Shown: positions 1 to 14,980, counted from the first letter of the whole stretch. The stretch: 63,874 nucleotides of DNA, filler included, from Choristocarpus tenellus KU-1152 (GCA_964200185.2; 9 parts of 9 records of this genome joined end to end with filler, not necessarily neighbours in it), one strand, 5' to 3'. The notes: a model not told the origin generated them from the sequence alone. Program-made: numbers and translations.

Positions 1-2256
1 CCCCCTCCAGCCCTCCAGATTATTTGAGTCTTAGGTCTTCGCCCACACACGACCTGACCCCAATCAATGCCTCTCCTTCTCTACTTCTTTTGCTTCTTTT
101 GCTTCTTTTGCTTCTTTTTTTTCTTCTTTTTTTATTTTGTATGCAGTGTGTGCAATACGTTGATCTCAAATTTATCTTGGAATGATTTAATATTCGATAC
201 GATATTTACAAAGATGATATTGGTATGGTACTTGGTATATATATATCATACCAAATTATATAGTACAATATTATAAGCGCGTTCGTTCAAATAAGCAGGT
301 CATGCGGTGCTTTTCCAAACCTTTGGAATGTTTCTATTGCAGGGGAACTGTAGCTCCTGAAAGGAATGGACAGATAGGTTTGTGGTTTTTCGTGTGGGTG
401 TAACTGACGAAATTCACGACGGGAAGGTTATAAAACATCAGCCAATCATACGTCAGTTGAAATCTATGCGTTGTCACAATGACTGTTTGACTGGGTGGTG
501 TTACTGGTATTAAGGTGATGCGTGTTTGAGAGTACTGGAGAATCAGCTGTAACTTAAATCACTTCTGTGGGCCGAACTGTTACACCATTGCAGTTCTGGT
601 TGTCATCATGGTAGACGAGAGTCATGGAAGTGGGGTGGACAATGTGCTTATTGATAAACCCTAACCCTAAGTGACATCGATAAGAACAAAGAATAGGGCA
701 ATGCGGTGGGAGATGAGGAATCCTAAACCCAACTATACAACAACGTTTATCCTGTAAGAAACAAGAGGGGGACCAGGAAGCCCCTTAGCTTTACATGCAT
801 TGCCGTAGTCCTTGGCCCTCAGACGAAGGGCCTCCCCTGGAAAGATTTACTGGAGAGGGTAGAGTAGGTGCCCTCATCTTTGTCATACTCGAAAGAAATA
901 CTAAAGTTATTTCCTGGTTGTCAGTAAACCGATGCTATATCTTTTCTCACACTACGAAAAATGTGGTAATTCCGTAGGTAATGTGAGTTGGCGTTTGTTG
1001 GTTGGGAAGCAGCAGGGGGTGGGAAGGAGGTGTTCGGACAGGGGGTACCCACATGGGTGTGGTAGAGTACTATGAACCCCTTACATTTATTTGTGGAAGC
1101 CACCTTGTTGGGTAAGGCCAAGCATGTTGTGTTGTTGAGAAAGAAGAAAGTGTCAGCGAGTTCTGTACCCTACCCAATGGCTATAGAGGGATATATTGCT
1201 CTTGGCTGGTGGTTGCACTGAGGTTGAACATTTCTCATTGGTGGGTGGGTCCTTGCGCTTGACAATGTTTGTTGAATGCTTTGCAGCAGTGAACTGTGCT
1301 TTGGTGGGTGTGAAAAAATGAAATCTGAGAGGTAGAGAAGTGGTGAGGTGGAGACTATGCTGCAAGCCTCAAGACATGGTTTAACAATGGTCTGGGTTAT
1401 TTATGTAGGGTGGAGCAGGAAGCAAGGGAGAATGTTGTGGTTATCTTGTGAGTTGTGAACGATGAGGTATATGACTCACTCATGTTGGCTCTTGTCTCCC
1501 CTCAGAAATGAGGATTGTTTCTGCAAACTATTTATTGTAGTACAGTTAGGTGGTGCTGGGACGACCTGGGGACACAAAAGGGGGATATTTCTGATGCAAA
1601 GGGTAAATTGTTATAAATGCTCAAAGCTGGTTCATGGATCAATGAGGCCAATAAAGTATTGTGATTGGAACCATTGAACGCATTGGTTTTGATCTTTAGT
1701 CAGGTTCGCTTTGAACATACTCGAAGTAGTACTTATTTTTTATTATCGTGCATGGTCCATTGTGTATCTATAAATAAATCCTTCATACATACCCAAAGAT
1801 TTGTGTGTGTGTGTGTGTACGCGCGCTTGACTATCACCCTGTAAGAAATTTTGTTTTTCTCATACACTAACCACTCAATCCAAGGAAAAGACGGACAGAT
1901 AGATCATCAGCTCCGACACATGTGACACTACGACTAGAGTTCTATAATAGTATCTTTTTTAATATGTGTTTGAAATAGTTCCCTTACCATCCTGCTGGGT
2001 ACTTCTGAAGCATGGTTACAGTTATCGTTATTGAGTGGTACTATTTGTGATTACAGCATCTATTTTATGTATTTGGACCAACGTGACCCTACATACAGTG
2101 AGCAGAAACACTTGGGTGTTAAATATGCGAGGTTACCTTTACATGAATAGCGTTTTCATCATATTTTGGCGTGTTTACTTCCAGAAGTGTGAGCAGACCC
2201 ATGTTATGTAGTCGCACACTTGGCATGAATAAACCCAAGCAAATTAAGGGACTTTT

Positions 2257-2514
2257 GAGTGAAAGCGTCTTAGAGGTTACGAGTTTTGCCCTGTTTGTCC
2301 ATTTGGGGCTTGGTTTCCCATCACTTTTTTTATGACATTTTCCTACTCCAAAATGTTCTGGAGTAGGTAAAATGTATACGTCATGAAGAGGTGTGTCTGG
2401 AACAAGGATATATTGACACTTCCTAACACGATAGCCAAAATTACATCAAAATCGCAACATTGGATTTTGGGACCCAAATGGACGAGGCCCTACCCTCTTA
2501 AGATACTTTGACCC
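2257..2514 (+). mobile_element. MITE family B (Sola2-like), about 258 bp
   Basis: TIRs GAGTGAAAGCGTCTTAGAGG...CCTCTTAAGATACTTTGACCC with 4-bp TSD TTTT. Homologous to the copies at 16735, 40961, 60448 and 61468. Confidence 0.85.
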
Positions 2515-3420
2515 TTTTATCATCTTGCAAGGTGTTCAAAGGTACTATTTGTAGGAATTCTCTATGCCTCCAGGTAACTTTCATGTGGCATTTGTCCTTC
2601 CATTCCTATTTTACATCTCAACAGAAAATTGAGCATTAATTGTGAGTAATATTTTGTAGCATTCCTTGACCTGCACTTGGCAGTCCTGAGAACCCTGGTA
2701 CTGGCTACTCCATTTTGACAATGAAAATTTAGTCCTCTCCTATGCTAGGTCTAGGGTTATGGTTAGGGTTGGAGTCGTACATATTTTTCAACATTAATGT
2801 TCAGTGGTAGTATTTCTCAAGAACTAAATTGGTCGATCCTGATGTACAACTACAATTATGTTATAATTCATAGAGTAGTAGTAGTAGTAGTACTGAGAAG
2901 GTATGAAGATGATTAAGGTCAAGTAAACCTCTTCAGCACAATCGATTATATAGGGTTTTATTGAGTGAGGTACGTAACATGTACTACAATTCATAGTGGT
3001 AGTAATTGTAGTTTGTATATATATATGTTATTATATAATTCAAACTATTGAATTCAATAGCTTGTGTTTGCTTCTCACATCACGTCATCTCTACTATTTC
3101 CGCGGTCTTGATTGGCACGACTCAATGTATGCTACTCACAGTAAGTGTGTTTGCATACCAAATGTGCAAGCATTCTATGATGAGGCTGTATGAGAGGAAA
3201 TACATGGGGGCATCATCATCCGCACAACCACAGAAAGAGTCTTTCCTGAATTGTGTTAATTTGCGTGTGGAAAGGGTGAGCATCAATTTAGTGTACACTA
3301 TTGTAGACATAAAGCAATGAGATAGTGTATTGCACAGGGTAAGAAAGATAAACTTCCAATGCAAAAGTGTCCAAACCTGCCTACCCCTCGATTTGCTCGG
3401 CTCATTATTGCATCACAGTG

Positions 3421-5880
3421 TTAGAGGGAAAGCAGGATCAAAGGTTTGAAGGTGTTGTACATGATGTTGTTGAGAGTAGGATGAGGTGACGGATGCAGGG
3501 TGTTGGACTTCAATGCGTTCTGCATGGTTGGGAGAGTTGTCCAAAGGGAAAGTTCATGAAGTAATCTGAGTTTTTGTGGGCGGAAGAAATTCTGGTTGGT
3601 TGGGGGGGGGGCACAGGGGAAGGGAGGGGGCAGGAAAGAAATACAAATTAGCAAGAAGGGAATGAAGAGTTAAATACGGAGTGGTTGAGAGGGAGGGGAG
3701 AAGTTAATAAAATGGTTGGCAGGTGGAGGCAGGAGTGGAGAAGGAATTGGACAGTATTGAATCGAAGAGGAACTGACAAGCTTTCCCACCCACCCGCCCT
3801 GTTGCTTGCTCATGACTGACTTGGATCTCAGGGTGGGACGGGAGGTTAAGTTCGGGCAGGGTAGATGTCTTCTAGATCAAGGCACAGTATGAAGGGGATG
3901 ATGAAGGGGCGTTCTTGGATGATTGAGGAGTGTTGTTGAGTGATGTGGGGTTGAAGGGTGTGGTAGTGACCTGAAAATCAGTGGCGAAAGGGGTTGCACT
4001 GGTTGGTCACAAGGGTTGATTGATAGAATGTGGGGAGGAAAGGGAATAGGGAGGAATGCAAACATAGAATTAAAAATAATAATAATCCAGACTTGGTGAG
4101 AAAAAAAAAAATAGGATTCCTGTCTATGGAAAGTGACATGGCTTAGTCAGGAGGACTTCAAAAGGACAAGCTCTCCTTCTCTAGGAGTTCCATTAGGAAT
4201 GCGAGATCACATTTACAAGAGGTTTCCACATGGTGGAGCTCATTGCCTGGGGTAGATAAGCAATTTGGTCAGACCAAACAAGTTCCACCGTGATAGATGT
4301 CTCTGACCCCAACAAATGCATGTAATTATTTTCCTGTCCTAAACTATGTGTGTCTCTGGTCAAAATCCTACCAAGTCAATGTTCGAGCACCTCTATCCCC
4401 ATTGTCTTCTGCCAGGATATCCTCCAAGAAAGCACTAGAACATTGGGAATCTTGATTTCACATTTCCACTGTTGAACCATGCCCAAATTACTGGTGATTT
4501 GACCAAGCCCAAATGAGGGAAAAATACTGGTCAAAATATCCGGCACACTACATAACATCAAACAGCAGAGCAATCCTATTGGGCGCTTCAAGTGACCTGC
4601 AATGATCTCCCCAAAAACAGTTGTACCAAAGTGTGTGTTCGACCTTAATATCCCAAAGATCTTCTCCGGGTCACCTGGGTCTGCTGCAGTCATGTTCCAG
4701 TCCATCTGCTCCACAGCAACAGCAATGCCAGCCAAAAAGGCCCATGACATGCTGGCCCCACTACCTTCCATTCCAAGCAGTTCAAGTGCCCCTACACCAA
4801 ACCTTGAAAGGACGGTCTTTGTCCTGCTACTGAAGAGCAGGGAGGTGGACTTGATGTCCAGTGTCTTTTAAAGCACGTTGTACACGATGGTCCAGCAGAC
4901 TCCTGGTCCATAGAGGGGCAATGTGTGTTGCCATGATACATCTCTATGGACTGCCGTCCAATCCATAAGGACCCCCCACCAGGAATGTTTGAGGCCAAAT
5001 TGTGAAGTACTTCATGAGGGAATAGGCCACCACGAGAGGCATTACTTTGAGTTCCATTTTGATCCACTCCATGCTCAGGTCCACAAGTAGTGCCAGCCTC
5101 ACCTTGAGTTCCCCATCAAGAAAAACTGAGGGCTTGGATTGTGCCAATCAATCCTGACGCGAGCGGGCATCCTTTCGTCCAGACCACATGTCGATCAAAG
5201 TCCTGGTCCCACAAGGGGTGTGTGTTTGAGTTAACTCTTACCATTAGGCCTTGTGCGGCAATTTTGGTAATACCCTAATCTTGGGTTTCAGGCAGCAGCA
5301 TGACGAATCTTCGATATGCTCATGTTATTCAGGTGTAAATAGGTTGCTACAGACACGCCCACCTCATCACCACAGTCACTTAAAAGTGACATGAGCCTAT
5401 GGTCCGACCAAGACCCAATTGGGGCGGCAAGGCCGATGCTCCACCAGCAGGGAGAGAGCAACAATAGTACACCGCAGCGGTCTTGTAGATCCTCACCAGA
5501 CGGCCATATGAACTCTAGAGTGGACCTATAAGTCTCAACACAAGTGGTACTGACAAGATGACCAACCTGTGATCTGCAATGCAATTGGTTATCCTTAATC
5601 GACGTCCATCCTCCATCTGGATGCACAATCTTGGCGGTACAGAATTGGCTCCAACTTGGACATGTAACAACTACATGTGAGCAACATGCCGCAGCCGAAG
5701 TCCTATCAATGCACGACCTTGACAACGATAGATGCTCAAATTGGTAACTACAACATTCGTGGAGCACATTGGTGGGTTCCACCTCTGGACCTCGTGACTG
5801 GTGTATATCTGAAGTGTTAGGCACCGAAAAGCAAGTCTAACCGACTGGGCAGGGTCGCAATGCCACGCCGTGTTGCACTT
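3421..5880 (-). other. Degenerate coding-like region, possibly a retroelement remnant (unassigned)
   Basis: Several broken, overlapping minus-strand ORFs (4376-4771, 4944-5147, 5288-5824) with no splice model and no motif I can recognise. Confidence 0.2.
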
Positions 5881-6171
5881 TGAATCAATAACTATTAGAT
5901 TCGATTGGTGTTTCTGTGTGATTTGGGTGTGAGTTATTTCTTCATTATTGGTTGACAAATGGACCACCTTACAGATCTGCGCGCGGCGCGCTTTCCATGT
6001 ACTGTCACGTTGACTTGACCTCACAGTGTGGGCAAATTGTGCCCCCTATTCTATCTTGAGGATTGTGGTAGGAGGCATAAGTTGCAGGTATTGCCCTTTT
6101 GGGCAACGCCAGGACCCCCTGCGCCCGACGGGGCAGGTGGGCTGCAAGGGGCCATCGGGGCCGATAGGGGG

Positions 6172-8610
6172 ATGACTGAGTTCATTGTGGGTCAGAGGGT
6201 GCGAGTCCGTCCTCGAGTAGGTGATGCACAGGAGGGGGTAGTGTATACCTTGGATTCTGCCACAAACACGCTCACTATTAAACAGGAAATTCCGCATACG
6301 ACAACTCACTGCTCCATCCTCGTCTTTAATCGGAGCTTTATCGAGGTCGATGCGATAGGAGGGGATGAAGGTGGTATTGACCCTGATGTCGCACTCCCTA
6401 GCGTTAGGTGAGAGAAGGAAGCAGCTGATTGGAACTCACTAGGGGAAAGTATGTATTCTTATGCATACCAGCATTTTGTTGACCATATGTTGCGGAGATG
6501 TAAGTACAAGAAGAAACTGGTAGGAGCTAGATTTCCACACGACTACCTCGCTCTTTCCTTGCTATTGCGGAAGCTAGGGGGTGGCAATGGCAGGGCAGAA
6601 CACACACCTGCTCACAGGATCCAAAGGGGAGAATGTGTGCCTCAATCATGAAACTTGCCTTCTCCGTCAACCCATAGCGCTAGGATGGCTCCAACGTCCA
6701 CCTACTTCAAAGATCACTTGATTTCTGTATACCCTCTCTTCTCACGCCCCCCCCCGCTAAATTTCTGTCCATGGAAAAGTATTAGCTGCTTCTGGCAAGG
6801 AAATCCCATTCAAATAGTTACAGATATTGTCTTGGTTTGGATTATCTTCTCGCGTCACGTTATTCAGGGTTGTGTCTTTGGTCACATCAGTCTGTAGGCA
6901 GGCACTTCCAAACCAGGGCCTTCAAGCAAACACCAATCCTTTGTTTCCGCCTCATATCGCCTCCCCACTCCTGATTACATTTTCGTCTCAATTCACCCCG
7001 CCACCCCTTCCCTTCCAACGTCGACAGTGAGCAGGATCTTGAACGAAAAGAAGCAAGGGCGGTGAAGGATGCCGCAAAAGCATGGGCACAGATAAATGGG
7101 AATGCCAGCAAAGCGGGTCAGACATTATTTGATGCCTTTGCAAAGACGTGAGTGTAACTTTATCAAATGTCGGCTTCTTCCTGTGTGGTCTTGATTCGGG
7201 CCTGATACTGAATGCACGAGGCCAGAAATATCCAACGGATGACACTTCCATATTCCCCAGTATGCACCTTTCAGATTTCTTGGAGAGGGTCTACGCTGGG
7301 ATGAATGGGAATGATAGCATTGTATCTTCAACTGTATGGTTACTTCTGTCGTGTGTTGCGGATGATCTGTAAAATTGATGACCGTATCCTTTTCATGCAA
7401 AGCTTCGATACTTTATCCTGCCGCATTCGATTGGTTCACTGGTTGATCTGAATCCTTGTATATCACATTGCAAACTTGCCGTGTATTGATGTCACCAGTT
7501 CCAGACAGTAGCCGACATCTCCTTACTTGAACTTAATGCTTTCCACCTCTTACTTGATTTTACGGAATCTGTGGTGTTCTTCCAATACCCTTAGCATGCC
7601 AGGTTTATAAAGATACTTTGTTTTTTCTTCATTTTTTACCTTCTTAGTATGCCCACTGTCAAGTTTGGTTTTCCGTTTATCATTTCCACAGGTAAAGTGT
7701 CCTATGTAATCCTAAAAGATTCCACTGTCTTTAGTCCATTGTATCTTGGCAGATTGGACACGTAGGAGTGGCCTACATGATCCCAACAAGGGACCCTCAA
7801 GATTTTTCCCCAAAAATCCTTCCCCCTCCCGCCTTACTCCTCCCTTTGTATTTGTTGAACCCCCTGTGTGTTTTGTGCCCTACCAAATCCATGGTGGATT
7901 GCACAGGTTGGAGTGTGAGTGGGACAGAGAGAGTATTGTTGTGCTGGGTTCTGTCAAGATAAATCCACCCTACCAGCCATCAAGCTGTAGTAGTTTGGAT
8001 GGCGACAAGCAGGGGATGGACAGAGTACTACTCATGGTGAGTGCACATCAGGTCGATCCATAGTCATCAGCATTTGGGGGTGGGGGGAGACGAATCTTGA
8101 TTCAAGGTAGATGATACTTCTGACAGAAGTCATCATTTGATGTGATGTTCAACATAGGTTGTGCTGTATTTTGTATTGATTGTATTAATTCCCACCTTTT
8201 CTCATGGGGTTGCATGTCAGAGAGTTACAATGCTCTGATTATGTTTTGTTCGAAGAGCGGCTTACTCTTTGCTGTGTAATAATTGATAACAAATTCTCAC
8301 CGACTTTTTGATCAGCTCTTTTAATTTCATGTTGATTCCATACTACAGACTGCATACACTATGGTGGAAATAGATATGGGTGCACTTATCCCATCAGTCA
8401 AAATTTGTTGCTTCAAATGTCCTCACCACTGCTGTTTTGTCTGAGCGAAGTTGGGCTTAGGACAACAGATCTGCTGCACCCCTCACACCACCCTTCTTTA
8501 CTTAGTACCTCCAGGCCAAAGGAAGGAGCCTGAATGCAGTTATTACTTCCCACACTGTCCTCCTCGTCCCCAATTACTGGCAGCTGAGGAAGTTCCAGGA
8601 ACTTCTGTAG
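6172..8610 (+). CDS. LSM12: LSM12-like protein (N-terminal Lsm fold plus anticodon-binding AD domain), 4 exons
   Basis: Exons 6172-6407, 7028-7147, 7907-8036 and 8584-8610 have GT-AG boundaries and consistent phases. They join to MTEFIVGQRVRVR..EGVVYTLDSATNTLTIK..LPSVS/EQDLERKEARAVK..INGNASKAGQTLFDAFAKT/LECEWDRESIVVLGSVKINPPY..DRVLLM/LRKFQELL*. The motif 'GQ.LF.A..KT..C.W....IVV...V.I.PPY' is the AD-domain signature. Confidence 0.9.
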
Positions 8611-11600
8611 TTCAACAGGTTTAGATTGGAGGGACCACAAGAGGCACCGAGAGAGAGCCATTACCACGCATCACACTCAGAGTCTCCTCCATACAAGGAG
8701 GGCAGACTACATGAAAGGGAATGAAGGGTGGGGGGGGGGTCAAGGGGAACAGCGAGCGAGTCTCATTGGCACACAGCATCGCTTTGTATGTACATGTGGT
8801 CACTATATAGGTGGACTGAAGACCATAGGAGGGGATGCTTTGGATTAACGTAAGTAGGGTGTGGTGTGGTCCTGAGGATGCTGACATAGTGACAACAGGA
8901 ACAGAGAAGAAGGAAGAGGCTGTGGGGGGACTGGCTGCTTGGTTTGAGCTGACATGTTCTAAGAATACGTAAGTGTCTTGAATTGCCCTGTGAAGAGTTG
9001 TAGTTCTTGTCTTTTGAGTGTGTATTGCTGAGTGATTGAAGAATGAAAGTGAGTGTTCTTTACCACCTCTGGTTGTTTGTTGGAAAGGTCTAGCTTCTTG
9101 AATATATTGGGCAGTTGTGTCTTGTGGTAAGAGAAACTGGACTTGTCCGGAGTATGTGGGACATGATTCTTAAAGTAAAGCACCAAAGTATCCTAAGAAC
9201 CCTGGACACAAGGTATGACTCCCTGTGTCTCTAATAGTTAACGTCCTTGCTCTGCTGCACAAGTGTTCTCATCTCTGGACCTTGTGGTTAGATCAATTTC
9301 TCAGCCACATTTACTTGCTGTGTGAACACATGGCACAAAAGAGCAGTGAGGGATATGAAAAAAGATTAATAGCAATAATAAATAGTACGGAAAGAATAAT
9401 TAGGGGCTCGATTCAGAACTTGCGCTACAAATTGTTCTGAACATCTTGAAATGTTCTCCAACCTAGCTCCTTTGCTTCAGCATTGTGTATACGGTTTGAT
9501 TTCTACATGTTTGTGGGCCGGGCCCCCTTGCCTCAATGAAAGCACTGGAGAGTTTAACCGCTCCATTCATCCTTTGGTTGAAACATTTTGTTGGATTGAG
9601 GGAATTTGTGTAAGGTCTAGTCACACATCTGGCACCACTTCTACTTATACTGTACGGTAAAGGTTTTGGGTAGTAAGTTACCGAGTATGCACTGTTGTTT
9701 CCCATCTCTCAACACTTCTTAGTTACATTTGCATATTTTTCAGGGTGTCAACTGTTGAGTTGTAAGCATTCTATCACTGGCCGAGAACTTCAAATATCAG
9801 GACAACAGGCATGAAATAGTTGGCTTTCGATGTACACAAATAGTGTACTTCAATGAATCAAAAATATGTATACTTTTGATATGATGTTAATAGTATTCTG
9901 ACCCTAGCCTACGACTATCCCTACTAAACAGTGTGCAGCTACTACATGAAATATTTAAGTGAGATTGAAAAATGTATAAATGGGTGCCGATATGCAGTTG
10001 TGTTCCTCAGCTGCAAAAACCTTTCCAGCAACATAAGGACTTTTCATGAAGAGAGAGATTCTTTTTTTCTAGTTTGAACATGAACTCTTATATGATGGTC
10101 TACCTGATAGTTAGATTTGAAATGCCTTGTCTTGACATTTTGATTGACAAAATACATGGAAAGTCCTGGAGGATGAGCTTAAAGTGCTATTTTAGTAGAA
10201 AGTATTGCTTTTTCAGTCATAGATCATCTTGCGCTCAGATAATAAACAAAATATACTTCAAAAACAGTCCTAGGTAAGACGTAGCTCCCTTTTTGCTCTT
10301 CACAAATCAGCATAGCAAATATGCAGCAATGCATAATGGAAGATTTGGTTGACCATTAATAATAAAAAAAAAACAGTAGCCACAAAAAGTCCAGAAACAC
10401 TGCTCTGACCATCACTGGTTCTCACATCAGTATTAATAGTTGTGATGTGTTCCAAAGGAAAGACTGCAACATAGCAAAGCAAAGCTATCATTTACGGGAT
10501 TTATAATTTCTTGTCATCACACTGGAAAGATGAACATACAGTCTCTAAGATCCTGGAGATGGATGGGCGGCATCAATCACGCACACCTCTACCCTCCTTC
10601 CTGCTCCATGGCAGGTACAACCCCAAGCTCAGCACCTCAGGTGATTGAGGGGATACTTGTTGTGGGGCCCCCAGCCTCAGTGCATTTGGAGGCGACAGGG
10701 TAATGTAGGAGAATGTTGTGTATTGTTCAAAATTTATGGCACTGTCATTGCATTGCACCCACCTCGTCAAAATAGAATCAACCGATGTCAACAGAGATAA
10801 ATACTACACTGTCCTCAAGAAATTGTTTCAATTTGTCAGACCAATATTTCATGGATTTTAACAGCTTCACACCTCACTTCATATTAAAAAAAATGACCAG
10901 ACCTACATCAAAACCAACACTCTCGCGCCGATGATTTTGTGGCACTCGGCCTATACCCCATTTTTGGAGCGATCTTTTACATACTTGAACCATAACAATA
11001 ACAGTACTAGAACTAAAGAAATGTCCAGCATTTCAGGAACAAAGATACTTCCCCCTCCAAAACTCTTAACGTAAATGTGCTGTGCCTGTGCGTGCTTGCT
11101 CCAGAATAGAAGATAATAGGGAAATTGAAGTAAACACTCCAAAGTAGGTATGTTGACTGGCACTAGAGGATTCTTGTATATTTGTGCTACTGAGTCAGTA
11201 TGATGCGTTTCGCCTGCACTGCTCCCTACTCCTGAGATACTGGAATTATTGTCACTGTATAAATATTTTGGAAATGACCACAAGCAACATATGTGCTGTA
11301 GAATGGTATCCATTAAGACAAGATGACTTAGATTGAAAGTAGGAGATATCCTTAGTCTGAAGGCACCCTTTCCAATCACTATGTGGTGTGAACAAAGAGA
11401 CACATTGTACCATAAACTACTGTGAACACTACCTCCAAGAGGAGAGAGAGGTAGAATGCCATAATTTGATGGGTAAGTTAACGCCACAGATAAAAGACAA
11501 AACCTTAGCATATTGCACTTCCAAGCAAGACATTTTGCTCAAGCACAAAGCACTGTATCATCATAGTGGTGATGTGCAGCACAACTACAGAATAGTGAAT

Positions 11601-11724
11601 AGTAACCTATTGATACTGCTCAATATATTATCCACTGCCCCCCATGTCTTCCATTGTAATGATAGCATGTCGAAATTCAAAATTCAGAAATACCTTCTAA
11701 TAAGTGCTACTGTCGAAGACTAAT

Positions 11725-14295
11725 TCATGGGGCATATTGTGCTATATCAACCTGTTGGTCATACAGTTCCACCTGCTCCCGGAATACCCGCATGAGCACA
11801 TCCATCTCTTGTGAAAGGTCTTCTATTGCTGCTGAGAGCGCATCCACCGGTGTGTTATCCCCATTCGTCTGAACCTGGGAGGGTTCATTAATGTTGAGAG
11901 GGTGGGGACAGGGGTGAATTTGTTCGGAGCCATTCCTAGAAAAACACACTACTCTTGACTGTTCTTGGAACAGGGTGGCCAGGGAAAAGATCATAAGGAT
12001 CTATATCACCGCCTAGTCCTTCGGCAGAAGTGTTCACTTACTTGACCATCTACTAACACGTTCTAATGTCTACAGGAGTGCAGGTTTGACCCCTACTTCT
12101 CATGCATATTCAAAAGATTCAAGCATTGCGCCGTGAAGAGAGTATCAGCCAATATTCCACGGGGCTACTCAATAAGTCATTAAACTGATACATGCAGCAT
12201 AGCCCCAAACCATCATGAAGCTGCCCTGTGGTATAAGCAAAACCTTTACTGTACAAGGGCTTTCAAATGGAGTCATAGAGTGACCAATTTACATGAACCT
12301 TCATTGCGCCTGTGTCCCCATACGCCCGTAATTCAAAAAGGGGCAGGTAGAGCATACTCTGGTCATTGATCCTACATGAGAGGTGGCAAGCAGGCCTACT
12401 TGTATAGAGCGGTTTGGGTGTGAAGATCTGCAATTCAAAGTTGATTGTGATCATTCACGTCTCAACACATCTCCCTCCCATCCCGCCAACCTTGTCCTCT
12501 GACCTTGACGTGAATTTTGTTTTCCAAAGGGTGTGGCTGTACATATCCTGCAAATCGCACCTGCTTGTCCTGCAGCAGTTGCCTGAACACAGAACAACAC
12601 CCCAAAAATGATTACCACAAATAGGTTGGGACGGATTCTATTTGAGGGTGGGAGGTATCAGGATGGCACATGGCGGAAATTCCGGTCAGGAGAGCATCTT
12701 TCATTGAGCAGACTCCATCCCCTCACTAAAACAATCCAACCAAGAGGTTCCCACAAAAGGTGATAGTTACGGAAACATGCATTTCCGTAACTGTAATCAA
12801 ATCAGACACTTTTAATGGGATCGAACAGAGAAGGTCCAGATAGTTTGCCGGTGTGTAGCAGATGAGACATCTGCATAGAAGAGATGTCTCCCCATTCTCC
12901 CCCATTGTGATCATGTCGAATATAATACCAAAGATAACCGTCATTGGTTCACCATAGCCGTTTCCCTCCCCCAAAATCTAACACCTTTGTAAAGTTAACC
13001 ATCTGAATTAAGCACCTTACTCTAGTCTCAATGTGTATCATTTTCACACAAATCCAGTCAATCTATGATATACATGGATTCGGGCTAGTAAAACTGAAGT
13101 ACACCAAACCCCAGTGCATGTACAGACATTGATGCAAACATTGACAATAGACACATCTGTATTGGACACAAGAAAGCCCTTGACCAATTGATTTACATGG
13201 CTTGTCATGATCATTTCTTCAGGACCAAAGAATAGTCAGATATAAACTGTCCCTTTACAACCCCCCTGTCCTTAGTTGGAAGCTCTACTTCCACAACCAC
13301 ATACCCAGCAAGGTGTGATCTATAAGATGCGTAGGTACAAGGAAGGGCAAAGGAACTAGCAAGCCAGGCTTGGATTCCGAGGAGAGAAACCTCTAAACAG
13401 CACATTTCTTGCTACAGGTAAGGAAATGGTGGGGACCAGTGAGTACTGTGCTGTATCAGAATCAAGGTTTGAAAGGTGAAGATATTGGCGACAGGGAAAT
13501 GATACTGGTTCTATATTCAACTCTCTCCCTCTTACATACGTAGAAGATTCCCCAGGGTGTGATCCTCCTTGATGATCTCGAAGGTTCCTGCGTGAGGGAT
13601 CTTTGTGTCTGGACTATAGGCAAGTCTGTCATTGATTGGTGAAGGGATGGGATAGAAGGGCGTATCAATGACTTGGGCTGAGGCGAGGAGAATTTGATCC
13701 CTACGAGCACAAGAACCAAACCTTGCCATAGGTTCAGGCCATGAACCCGGAAGGTTATGCCTATGAAATCCAATTTGTCCTCAATTCAACTACCACCTTG
13801 ACGTCCTCCGACTTCCTCCCCCTCCCTCCGAACGCAGTAGCATGTCTTCCACCGCTAGAAGCAGGAATGAATTTCTAAAAGCAGGACTCACAATCGACCT
13901 CTAGCTGCAATCCAACACACAATTCAAGCTTTTGAAGCTCAGGGGAGTACGGGATGTGTGAGTAATCCAAGGCTCGGTAACCCTTGGGTGCTCACTTTTT
14001 CTCGTCATCGTTGAGTCGCCATGCCTCAGACCTGCGAGGTAGATAGGGTTGTGGAAACACAGGTTTGAGAAGGTAAGGTAAGGGATCTTACTTGCTTTGG
14101 TGCTCAAGTGATTGAGGTGAAATAGATAGAGGGAAAGGTAGGACGGTACACAAATCTATGGCCGTGATGCAGTCTTTGAGTGAGACTTTAAATAGAAGGA
14201 AGGTCGTAGAAAAGGGGGTGCCGGCAGTGACTACACGAAAAAATCAATTCGTGTCTTTGTCCACATCCAATTTTATACCTCTCTGGAGCGTTCAT
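11725..14295 (-). CDS. RPB11: RNA polymerase II subunit RPB11, 5 exons
   Basis: Exons 14295-14279, 14031-13996, 13625-13536, 12582-12504 and 11874-11725 give MNAPERSEAWRLNDDEKKLAYSPDTKIPHAGTFEIIKEDHTLGNLLRMQLLQDKQVRFAGYVQPHPLENKIHVKVQTNGDNTPVDALSAAIEDL..*. The EDHTLGN and FAGY..PHPL motifs are diagnostic. Confidence 0.96.
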
Positions 14296-14759
14296 CGGGC
14301 CCTTGGGATAAAATGCTAAGGTCCTTAGCCCTTTTCAGATATCCTTATTTTTTGGCGTAAGCTAAACCAGAGCCACACGAGCTGCCTCCCAACGTCACCC
14401 TCCACAGTCGAGGATGTTGAGGAGGTATTGAGAACGTTATATCTGTTGAAGCACCACCTACCACACCTGATACTTAAGTTTTTCTAAACCCTTTTATACG
14501 TTCAGAATATGTTTTTCGTACTACAACACTCAATATAGACAGCAACTCTCAAAAATACAGGTGTACCTTTTTTGTTTAATATCAATATTTAAGTGGTCTC
14601 TTTCCACAAGCGTTTTTGTCGCTTCCATCTTCACACTTCACAAAAAAAATATGGGGGAATGTTGAAACATTGTATAGGATATTAAAATAATTTACTATCA
14701 GAAAGTCTTATCTATCACCCCATGTTCTACCTTCATTATTACCAAATGTGATTAAATAT

Positions 14760-14980
14760 ATAATATTATGATGCCCTGACATTTTCGAGATGTGTCAGGG
14801 GGAACACCAATGAAAACTATTCATATGTCAGTCTAAGGAAATAAAATATTTTACAAATCAATAGAGAAATCAACCCTCTCATATCAATGTCAATCTTAGA
14901 AATACAGATGAATCACAGAAGATTAAAAAGTGGCTTAAAATGCAAAACGACCCAAACCTGGATACCTCTCGTTTGCTTTG
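14760..14980. repeat. Dispersed hairpin-containing repeat. Other copies at 21226-21520, 20465-20560 and 60020-60125
   Basis: CCCTGACA-N11-TGTCAGGG hairpin followed by G..ACCAATGAAAACTAT.CATATGTC..CTAA.GAAATAAAAT. The 14760 and 21226 copies also share ..TGGCTTAAA.TGCAAAACG..CAAA.CTGG.TACCTCTC. Confidence 0.75.

Noticed and set aside
816-900. Hammerhead ribozyme (CAGACGAAGGGCC...CGAAAG)
   Set aside because: The core is CAGACGA rather than CTGANGA, and no convincing stems I/III form. Other CTGANGA hits I checked (e.g. about 28275 and 18627) also lack proper stems.
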